64,000 nucleotides of DNA from Paraphysomonas bandaiensis (lineage: Eukaryota > Protista > Chrysophyceae). Shown here piece after piece: positions 24,301-35,312 of the stretch. Each line of letters starts with the position of its first letter. The stretch's first letter is position 1. The notes under the pieces were generated by a model that had not been told where the DNA came from, ran no database searches, and saw only the letters and a program-made list of their open reading frames with translations. Made by a program: the position numbers and the translations under genes. The stretch lies in NCBI GenBank assembly GCA_965644295.1, contig CBFFRP010000146.1:496001-560000 (forward strand), read 5' to 3'.

Positions 24301-25991
24301 TACTCCGATGCCCTCTCATCAACACTGGCCATACTCTGACGCTCACTCTCCAACTCAGACTCCAATGATGCAATCTTAGCGTTCAAACTATCAACAGTTG
24401 ATGCATACTCCGAAGCCCTCTCATCAACACTGGCCATACTCTGACGCTCACTCTCCAACTCAGACTCCAATGATGCAATCTTAGCGTTCAAACTATCAAC
24501 AGTTGATGCATACTCCGATGCCCTCTCATCAACACTGGCCATACTCTGACGCTCACTCTCCAACTCAGACTCCAATGATGCAATCTTAGCGTTCAAACGT
24601 TCAACAGTTGATGCATACTCCGATGCCCTCTCATCAACACTGGCCATACTCTGACGCTCACTCTCCAACTCAGACTCCAATGATGCAATCTTAGCGTTCA
24701 AACTATCAACAGTTGATGCATACTCCGATGCCCTCTCATCAACACTGGCCATACTCTGACGCTCACTCTCCAACTCAGACTCCAATGATGCAATCTTAGC
24801 GTTCAAACGTTCAACAGTTGATGCATACTCCGAAGCCCTCTCATCAACACTGGCCATACTCTGACGCTCACTCTCCAACTCAGACTCCAATGATGCAATC
24901 TTAGCGTTCAAACGTTCAACAGTTGATGCATACTCCGAAGCCCTCTCATCAACACTGGCCATACTCTGACGCTCACTCTCCAACTCAGACTCCAATGATG
25001 CAATCTTAGCGTTCAAACGTTCAACAGTTGATGCATACTCCGAAGCCCTCTCATCAACACTGGCCATACTCTGACGCTCACTCTCCAACTCAGACTCCAA
25101 TGATGCAATCTTAGCGTTCAAACTATCAACAGCTGACGCATATGTTGTATCTTTCATTTGATGAGAAGCAATCGTGGATTCCAGTTCTGTTTCTAAAGAC
25201 GATATTCTCGACCTTAGACGTGTGATAGTATTGTTATTCTCGGTGGCATCGGTGATCATATGTTGGATTCGTTGTTCGTAGGATTCTTTCAACATTTGGA
25301 TTTCAGATTCATTGGACTTGCTATCTACAGTAGACTGCGACTCCTGAGGAGATACAGCTGAACTGGAACCAGAAGACTTTAGTTCCGTATTTAATCGAGA
25401 ATTCTCTTCCTCTAATTCCTTGATACGAGACTCATTTTGAAGGGATTGACTTCTAGCAGCTAATAGTTCAGAAACTTCATTTTCTAAGTCTCGTTTCGCT
25501 TGTTCCGATAATTCCAACTTCTGGTACAACTCTTTCACTTGGATATGTAAATCTTGGGAGGTAGACAATCCAGAGATATTATCGTAACTTTTATCAGCCT
25601 CAAATCGCTGTGTGGGACCAGAAGTAACATGAGCTTCATTTAACTCATCTACAGTCTCAGTGGCGTCAAGTGATGTCTTCAATGTTTGTTGAGGCTGTTC
25701 CTCATCAGTACTGGGATTACCCGACAATGATCCACTCTGACGCTGATCGCCATCCTCATCATCGGACATCATTCTAGACTGATCGAACTCATCACCATCA
25801 CCATTATCATCTGAATATTTATCTTCTCGATGTAGATGAGAGCTTGTCTGTTCCTCTTCCTCTATATCTTCATCAGAGCCATTATCCTCGACAGCGTTAT
25901 CCAATTGGTCCAAAAATTCATTCGCAGTGGCCAAACCACTCAGGGTATCCTTCTGAACTTGCTCCGCAAGTTGCCTAAGAGTACCCCACAT
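21331..25991 (-). CDS. Tail-anchored golgin (golgin-84/CASP/giantin-like) with an expanded coiled-coil repeat
   Basis: Splicing introns 22017-22061, 21666-21710 and 21476-21522 gives a C-terminus ...DVESG...RPPTARIILISYAICVHLVVWYLY...*, with the Y-x4-H TMD signature. The body is a long coiled coil and the N-terminus is an amphipathic motif (MWGTL...ANEFLDQLD). Confidence 0.75.
23183..25140 (-). repeat. Coding tandem repeat, 105-bp unit (35 aa, 5 heptads), ~18.6 copies
   Basis: CGCTCACTCT recurs exactly every 105 bp from 23185 to 25075 (19 times). The unit is ASTV(ER/DS)LNAKIASLESELESERQSMASVDERASEY. Confidence 0.97.
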
Positions 25992-26442
25992 TCTCTTTCA
26001 ATATATATCGACAAGAAACTAACACTTAAGTATGTTTCCTCTTTTCGTTTCTATCTATACATAATTAACGTAAACTAACCACTCAAAACATCCCGATATA
26101 TACATGACACAAACTATACACTTCATACATTTTTGTACACTTTCTACTATTTAGTCCTCACTTCCTAAGCAATATATTTGAAAAAACTACTAACTTCATC
26201 ATTAAAATCCCGGATTTTATACATGAAGTGTTTTATTTTTAGGCAACACGTACAAAACTGCTGTACATACGATATATATGAATCGTTGCAACAGAGCAGG
26301 TGGAGTAAAAGGTGCGTGCAAGTATAGTAAGTTTCCTCTACGATAGCGTAATAGTTAGAACTGTTGTTTGGCAAATGATATCCTCCTTGTGTTGTGAAGT
26401 GATGTATTGAAAGCTACAGTGTGAACGATACTGAGGACTACG

Positions 26443-27386
26443 ATGTCTACGATGGCTCAGGCTTTATCTGATGAAAGCTATCTGAGTATGATCATTTACT
26501 CTGTGTGTGTTATTCTAACCTTTATTCGTTTTCTTAGACTCAACCGATCTTCATGTTCTTCTCTGTGATTTATTAAAACAGATAAATGAGAAGAAACCGG
26601 TTAATCCTTGGCAGTACAGCGCCACTTATTTTAAAAAGTATGCGTTTTGTGCTACAAATCTTTACATCTCACACTTAGTAAAACCTTTTTAGGGTTCAAC
26701 ATTGCATTCATATTTTGGGGGAGGATTATATGACGGTGGTAGCATGCCGCCACAACCGCAAGTCGTTTGTGTATTGCTGCACTCAGTCCTTTAAAAACTT
26801 TCCACGAAATGAGCGCATCAGTGTACATGACTTCTACAATTTACTTCAGTTGATATGTCCCGATATTCCATTGTCGTTAATTCAAGACTCCGCCCTCACC
26901 GGTTGTACAAGCGTGGGTTCTGATCCCGTACTCTATTGCTTTGATGAGCTTTCAACATCCCTCTACTTCCGCTTTATATTCACAGAATGGCTGATAATGC
27001 TCGAGAATGTGTTTTTTGAGGGTAAAGCAAGACGAGCATCTATAACATGTTCGCTATCTAAACTTCGGTATAAGTTTGAGGAGTGGCAAACATCTATCCC
27101 TTCCAGCACCTCACAGCCATCGCTAGATACGCTAAATGGTGTTCTGGATGGTCTGAGTGAGGCGGGAAAGAGTGATGTCACTTTTGATGACTTGATATCT
27201 TCAATGCTAAGGAGCAACGGTATAAAACGAGAAACGACCTCATACCGCCCTAATAATGTGGTGGAAAGCCTTGCCATAGAAAATATTCATTTACTTTGCT
27301 CGAACATTAGCGATGGGGGAAACCGAATGTGTACGGATGACCGACATGACAGACTTTCCCCATCATTGCCAGGAATTGGAAAATAA
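26443..27386 (+). CDS. CSTPP1: Centriolar satellite-associated tubulin polyglutamylase complex regulator 1 (C11orf49/UPF0705-like)
   Basis: Spliced product KPVNPWQYSATYFKK|VQHCIHILGEDY...HNRKSF...DFYNLLQLICPDIPLSL matches the family pattern (HNR.SF; LLQLLCPDFP). Two short introns. Confidence 0.7.
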
Positions 27387-28418
27387 TGTCGATTACTTTA
27401 GTTAGGAAATGTTTGTATCCCATGTAACGTCGTCATCGTTGATATGTAGGTTATAGTTCAATTTAGTTGCGTAATGTTGGATATATATATATATTACCGT
27501 TTTACCATAAGTAATAGATGCTTAAGTTTCGATCTTCTTTTGTCGTTTTAACCGACTGTGATGGTGATGAATGGAAAGTGGCTTCAACTAGATTCAGAAA
27601 CTCGGTTAAGTGGCGCTATGAGTTTGCCGTTGAAGTTTTTTAAAAATGTTTTCTAATGGTAAGTAGTAATTAGTAACTGTTAGTAGTTAATTGAAGGTCG
27701 TTAACTTATGTTCAATAGTAGATCAATGTTCATAAACAATACCTAGAAAATATATTGTCAACAAGTCAAGCAACCTTTACTCCGCTCTTTTGCGTATATA
27801 GTTCATTATTAGACTACAATGTATATATCAATAGTTTATATTCGTTCCCACAATACATAATACAATAGCAATATATTGTTTCCTTACTCAAATTTACCGG
27901 CACAATGTATCACCACCAGGATTTTACTCTGACTCTGATAAGAAAATTTAGCTTACCGCCCCTTTCCAGGGGAATTCTCGCATAGTCTAGCAAGATCATT
28001 TTAACCCTCCCCCACAAACTAGACTGAAATATATGAGGCTCTCTCGTAATCATGTATGTATGGCGTCAGCATGTGTTGTGTGCATCACTGTATGGCTGTA
28101 TCTCTAGATCTATCTGAATATGCAGCATACGCACATAGATATCAGTGTATTTCAGGGGACATGTATATAGGACGTATACGTTGGTATACTGCTGTATATC
28201 CTGCTCCAAGAGAGTTCTATTTTATGTGGACCGTATAACTGGAATACCATGGAATACCCTACACAAATACAGCCTGGTGTCTTCGTGGCCAGATATCCAA
28301 CACACTGTGTGCATGTTAGGTATGGTAGACACAGAGATGGCGTTGTTAAGGAACAGCATCGTGTGTTGTCGTTCATATGAAGTAATGTGGAGCTAATGTG
28401 TCCTCCTAGACTCCCTTT

Positions 28419-31400
28419 ATGATGGAAAGTGGGAAAGAGGACACATTGCATGGTGTCAAGGAAGTATCGCCTGATACAATCAGCACGTGGTTTTATGAGG
28501 GAAATAGATGCGTACTGCCTCTATTGGAGAGAAAATCGTTACTTATATTTTCTTTGGATGGATGCATTCGATCAGCGTGTATTGAATTAATGCTGAACCG
28601 ATGGTTCGATCGCTCAATTCTTTCTGCTATATGTGCAAATGCTGTTTTTCTTGCCTTAGATGACCCACTTTCTGATAACTTCGATGAGGTATTAATGTCT
28701 GTATAAGGTTAACGATATATTTAATTTTTGTATAGCTTTTCTCAGTTGCAGAGGTTGTGTTTAACAGCTTCTTCCTACTGGAATTTTGCATCAAAATCGT
28801 TGCGTTGGGTGCATGGGGAGGACCATCAGGTTACTTTAGAGATCCATGGAATAGGCTAGACTTCGCAGTGCTACTCTTGGGATGGATGTCGTGGACAATG
28901 GATTTTTTATCCACAGCTGAAGTCGGTAACTATTCTTTCATAAGAGCATTGCGGATTTTGAAGGTGACACAACGCAATACGATGACGTTGACCGTCATCA
29001 ATTTTGCGCAGGTGCTAAGAACCGTCAATAGTGTTCCCGGTCTGAAAAGACTCGTAAGAGCTATACTGGATGTCATTCCCCGACTGGTGGGCACGGGATA
29101 TTTATTACTCTTTATTATATTTCTTTTCGGTGAGCTTTCCACTCTAGTGTCTTGTACAGGACAATTTCTCTCCACAGATCAGCATTGTTTCAAAAATACA
29201 TTAACTTTTAACTCATGTCTATATTACTTACTTGGTGCGTGTAGGAATTATCGGTACACAAACCTACATGGGTTTACTTCGAAATCGTTGCTTTCCTGAT
29301 GACGTAAGGAACTCATACGGGTGAGTTGTCTTGCTGTGGTGTGGAATTTTTGCATCATTTGTGTGGAATAAAGGATGCACTATGACGCTGAGGACAAACT
29401 TTGCTCGTTAGAGAGTGGGAGAGGGAGGCAGTGTCACGGCGACACACCTAAATGCTCTCTTACCTACCCAGGTAGGCTCATGTCTGTGCTGGTATGTGTG
29501 CATTGGTTAAACTGCTCTCCCACTGTAGGTACAAATGACGCCAACCCAAACATACACCGCTTCGAGCACTTCGACAACATACTCAACGCTATGTTGTCTC
29601 TGCTTGTCACACTATCTCTTGAAGGTGTGCATTTAGCATTCTTTGCACTTTAGAATCATTTATATTGAGTATAACTAACAGGATGGACGGGATTAATGTA
29701 TGGACTGTTTGATAGTTGGGGGGTCTTTTCCGTTACGTACTTTGTAATCGTGATTCTCTTGGGCTCCTATGTAGCCCTCAACCTTTTGATCGCTGTACTT
29801 TACTTGACCTATGTAGAGACAGTAGAGGACAGGGTAGATGATGATATTAACGATGACGATGTAGTTGATAAATCGGAGGTGACTCACAGGAGGAGTCGAA
29901 GTGAATCTATGAATATTTCTGTTGACAACATATCTGGCGATAACACCACTCGTCAGGGACGGAGGGGAAGTGGGGGCTCTTTAATGTCATCTGTTGCTGA
30001 GCACAGTGAGTGGCCTAGTCTTGTTCAATATCTACATGATTTCGGAATCACTTGTCACTCCTTGTACAGTTTCCTCCAGCACAATCCCAAATATATGAAA
30101 ATGCGAGATATTCTTACTGGTGTGGTAAACAGTGGATCGTTTAACTTGTTCATAGTTTGCGTGATTTTGTTCAATATTCTTGCACTTGCCATTGAAGCTG
30201 ACTCATCGGCGAATGAAGTTCATTATTTTCTCTACATTTCGAATATAGTTTGTACTGCAATATTTACAATGGAACTCGTCGTGCGCACTGTCGCTGCCAA
30301 TATCCCGACTTTTCTCTATGAAAAGTTTAACCTATTAGACACAGCCATTGTTGCAATTAGCATAGCTGAATTAGCTTTGAAAACAAACTCTATTGTGTCC
30401 CTGCTTCGAGCCTTACGTGCACTGCGAACCTTCAAACTTCTCAACCGTTGGAAATCTCTCCAACTTCTCGTCAATGCTGTTTTAAGGTCTGGTCCTGGAC
30501 TGGGATACTTTGCTATAATTCTTGTGCTATTTATATTTGTATTTGCGCTGGCTGGGCGCTCAATTTTTGCTGGAAAACTTGACGATCCAGAGTTTCAATA
30601 TGGAACACCTCGAGCTAATTTCGATACTTTTTTTGATTCCTGCCTAACTACATTCCAGATGGTAACGGGGAAAAGCTGGAATGACATTCTATTTCGGTCT
30701 ATGGAGTACAATCCGGTGGTTGGATGTACATTTATGGTCATACTGTATATTGCGGGGAACGTGATACTACTGAAGCTATTTCTTGCCATTTTATTGGAAA
30801 ACTTCAGTGAAGGGAGGTTCAAAACGGGGAAAACGTCGTACTATGACTACCTTGAACACGATGCGGATATGGAGGTTATGCAATCAGGTCTATATACTTC
30901 GGTAGTTGTACTGATAACCGGATGCACACAGCGTATGTGGCGCTCTTGCAGCGACAGAGGTCGTAATTTTCTCCCCGAGACTTGGTCCCCGTATGGTATT
31001 GACGACGAGAGTGACGATGATACGCCCACTCCCCTAGATAATGATAGTGATGGGAAACCAATAAATTTCATGTGCTCACGAGATTTATCATCAATAAAGG
31101 AGCTACTGATGGATCTACCTGTCGCTGACCATTATCGTGGCAAAAGGGTTTTTATTGATTGTTTTACCGGTGCCGAGCTACTAGGTTATTTGGTTGCAAG
31201 AGGGGCTGCTCTGACTTCTGATATAGCCTTGGAACTGGCTGGAGAGATACTTGAAGATCAGCTAATATCTCCTGTATATATGATGGAGGATGATGTGGAT
31301 ATATTTCGCGACGATAAAGTCCTACATAGTGGTGCCCGCTCTTTTCGCGAAAGTAATTCATGGAAATATACTGCCGACATGAATTTTGAGTTCCGAGGTG

Positions 31401-34252
31401 ACCAGAGTTTGTATCGCCTGAATGGTCAGTCGGAGCAGGTTTCTGAGTGGCTTCTTTTGTCAAAGGATGCTGAATATAAAATCAGTCAGATTAAGAACAA
31501 AGAGAAGCGCCGGCAAATGCGGCGTTTCTTAGCTGGTCATGCCTGTGGTATACTCGGACCAAACAACAAACTGAGAATTATATGCGCTGAGATTGTGTTA
31601 CATAAATGGTTTGAATGCGCAATAATATGTTTGATAGTGGCCAGCAGTATTCTACTGGCTGTAGACAATCCTGCCGCTCCACGAGGGACAACCATATCTC
31701 TCACGTTGTACTATGCAGATATCGGATTCACATTGGCGTTCTCGGTTGAGATGATTATCAAAATGATAGCTATGGGGATCATGTATACACCAAACGCATA
31801 TTTTACCAGCTCGTGGAATATTCTAGATTTTACTATAGTAGTGGTATCTATTCTCTCGTTGTCATTGTCATCCTTGGACCTTTCTTTTCTTAAATCGCTG
31901 AGGGCGGTTCGAGCAGTTCGACCTCTTAGGCTATTATCTCGCGCACCTGGAATGCGGGTAGCTATCAACGCTATAGTAATGGTTATTCCGTCTCTTCTTA
32001 ATTTTTGTTCTGTCGTGAGTGTATTTCTTCTAACATTTGCGATACTTGGCTCTTCTCTTTTCAAAAATAAACTAAACTATTGTCACGCTACTGGAAGTTG
32101 GCCTTCAGAAGATAACAGTAGTTATGAGGACGAATACCGTTACATGTTAGACAAAGAGGAATGCCACGGTAGCGTGACCAACTCAGGGGGGTACACTGCA
32201 AACTTATCTTGGATCCCTGCAGACTCGAATTTCGACACTATTGGCAATGCTCTCATAACACTATTTGAGCTCACCACAATGGAAAATTGGAATCGCATTA
32301 TGTATCCAACTTTAGACATACCTAGTTCGTCGAATGCGGCCCCTGTGATGGATCACTCAAAGTACAATGCGCTTTTCTTTGTGTGCTTCATCATTGTCGG
32401 TGCATTTTTTATTGGCAACCTCTTTGTAGGGATCATAGTACACAAGTTTGAAAAGGCACGGGTACTAGACAAAAGGAGTGTGTTTATGACTGACGAGCAA
32501 TCTAACTGGCTAAACGGAATGAAAGTTGTCCTTGCGGCCCGACCACAGAAGACCTCTCCGATTCCGTCTGAGACCAACCTTTGGGGTATCCAAAGGTCTA
32601 TTTACATGATTGTATGTAACCCTTATTTCTGTGGGACTATAGACGCAGTCATCGTGCTAAATATGCTTGTGATGTCGTTGTATCACTTCGGACAGTCGAA
32701 CCACTTTTCGTCGTTTTTGTTTGCATGTGAAGTTTTATTTGTCAATGTATATGGCGTGGAGCTCATATTGAGGTACATTGCACTCAACGACATGTACGCA
32801 TTTTGGAAGGCTCCCTGGAATATATTTGATATTGTCATATTAGTGGGTGGTGTTTTGGATATATCAGGAACGAGTAGGGGCGTAAATATCACAGTACTCA
32901 GGGTTCTCCGATGTGGGCGCCTTCTCAAGCTCATTCGACGCTCGAAGCACATATACGTACCTCTCAAGACACTGTTCTATTCACTTCCGGCCCTTTTTAA
33001 CATCGGCTCTTTGCTCCTCCTAGCATTTTTTATATTTGCTGTTGTAGGGGTGAACTTGTTTCATGACGCCGATCGTGATGGAATATGGCTCACACAGTAT
33101 AATAACTTTGAGAACTTCGGTTCTGCTATGGTTCTTCTTTTTCGTTGCCTGACAAACGAGAATTGGAATAGTATTATGCATGTTTATGTGCGTCAGGGTT
33201 TCTCTTTTGCACCGCCTTTTTTTGCTGGATTTTTACTGTGCTGTAACTTTACCATGGTAAACCTTTTCATTGCCGTTATCCTTGAAAACTTTGAAACTGC
33301 CCTAAATGGGGAGCGCAAGGTACAGGTGCAGAGCACGGAAATGTTTGTAGATGCTTGGGCCGCGATTAACGACGAATTGCTCGGATCAGACACCGATACA
33401 CTGCCTGCGTATGCCCTTGTAAAGTTATTACACATGTTGCCTTATCCGTTAGGAATACTTGGGACATCAGAGGCTGATCTATCCTTAGGAAATCCAACAG
33501 ATCGTGTACTTTATCGCGCTTTTATTATATCTCTTCTTCGATCGCTTAACTTAAAGGTTGACTCCTCAAATCGTGTGTATTTCGTAGATGCTATATCCGC
33601 AATAAGTCAGCGGGCGAATGAAGAGAGCTCAGAAACCATTTTTGAAAATATGTCTTCTCATCAACGATTGGAGCTATTGTATAATATGAGGAAGCACTGT
33701 CACAACAAGACGATGACCAAAGTAGAGACAAAGTGCAAAGGACAGGTGTTTACAGCGATTGACTTGACAACTGAATTTAATTGTGCCGCAACCATACAAG
33801 CCGTATGGCGTGGTGCTCTGCTTCGGAAGCGAATCAGGGACTATAAAACAGATGACACTTCTGCACTTGCTGACGGAGTACAGAACAAGCAAAATGCCGA
33901 CAGGAGTTCTCCAGTTGTCGCCATGCAAGCGATTAAAACACCCCGAATGCTAGTTAAAAGTACATTGACTCGAGTGTTCCGACATCCATCGAATTCGCAA
34001 AGTTCAGGCGACGAGGGCTGTACCAATAATGCCCTCCCAGAAGTCTGCTCTCCGAAGTCAAATGGATGGAAAAAAGTATTTTTCCCATTAGATAAACCAA
34101 ATGCGGGAACTATGAGGGAGGCAAGCCCAGTGTTCTGGCCCCTTCCTTCTGGAGGCGCAGAGTTGGAAATGGTCCAACCTTCTGTTGATGATGATGGCAT
34201 AGGTGTAGAAACTAGGGCCACAACTATTTTCAACAGCGCTAGAGTGATATAA
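28419..34252 (+). CDS. Four-domain voltage-gated cation channel (Nav/Cav-like) with a DEP insertion and an IQ motif
   Basis: Four S1-S6 repeats with basic S4 helices (IRALRILK|VLRT, LRALRALRTFK, LRAVRAVRPLR, LRVLRCGRLLK). Pore loops are SLEGW, TGKSW, TMENW and TNENW. Also NLFIAVILENF and the IQ motif IQAVWRGALLRK. Domain I is split by several short introns. Confidence 0.93.
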
Positions 34253-34470
34253 AATTATCGACATGTTTTTCTGATGATTCTATAATAGACGTGTACCATG
34301 AGAATATTTTATCTTTGATCAATGCAATATTCCAGTTCTATATAAAGTTCCGTAATTTCTATTAAGTGAAATTTCAGTGTCACGATACAGATTAATATAA
34401 AAAGAATAGTCAATGACACTTTGACCTGAGGTACGCTGAAAATAATATTTAAGTGGCCTATTTGTGAGTA

Positions 34471-34872
34471 TATTCCTCAACAAAGTCGGACTCGCACCTT
34501 TTCGTGGTGCTCTGGGGAATAAGTACCGGAGATATTTCTCCGGGAGCCTAACGTGAGTCGCATATATAGTCAGCAGATATTGTCCTGCCCACTCATAGCC
34601 AAATGCTTACGTGGTACAAGGGACACTAATTTGTGTCGCTTGTGTAGACTTCCTTGGGCCTTGAAGAATAAGTAGGCATCGGGGAATGGGCCCACCTCAA
34701 GGGCATCCGGGATATTGGGCTGCCTGCTGAAGTCAAGCATCCGGGCTGTTCTCCTGAAGTCAGCAGATGTCAGGTATATCAACATTCTGCTTGCTCAATG
34801 CGTTTGCTTTGAGTGATAGAGCGAAAGTGTTTGCACCTTGGTGTTGGCGGCAACGCACAAACAGCTTTCGTG
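34471..34872 (+). ncRNA. Structured non-coding repeat element, copy 2
   Basis: Paralog of 13670-14041. Perfect helices CCGGAGA/TCTCCGG, GACAC/GTGTC and CGAAAG/CTTTCG, plus G-U-containing helices TATTCCTCA/TGGGGAATA and GACTCGC/GTGAGTC. Confidence 0.6.
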
Positions 34873-35312
34873 TTAAGCACTAGTTAGTTAAATTATTTTG
34901 CTACATTAGTTCTGACACTTACACGCCTGTTGATAATAATCAGACATTCACTACTAACTACTAAGTGTATTGAATACCATTATATTGTACCAGTAGGCTT
35001 GCGTAACAATAAATTGCTAAGAGTTCACCAAATATAATACCTTACAATTATTTACAAAGCATACAAGCATTGGCATGCAAGCTAGCGTACCAGAGACACC
35101 ACTAGTATAGTGTACATGATGAAATAACTTGTGGATAGTAGAGTTTTCAGCACTTTTTCTTACATTTACTAGAATACTTCTCGATTCATCCGTCTGTATC
35201 ATATCTACCAAAGAATAATTACGCATTGCTTGTTTAGAATCGGGTTGAAGTATGACAAGCCTAGTTTAAAATTTGTAAGTGTAATATAATTTTATTAACA
35301 ATAAGTTTCATG

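Noticed and set aside
23183-25140. Regular repeat array superficially like CRISPR
   Set aside because: No unique spacers. The units are contiguous, in-frame and coding, and no cas genes are present.
27850-27890. Possible further hAT TIR fragment (GCAATATATTGTTTCCT)
   Set aside because: Short AT-rich match with no partner TIR or internal homology.
30595-34233. Numerous antisense ORFs over the channel (similar ones overlie other long genes)
   Set aside because: Shadow ORFs of the coding strand with no recognisable domains.
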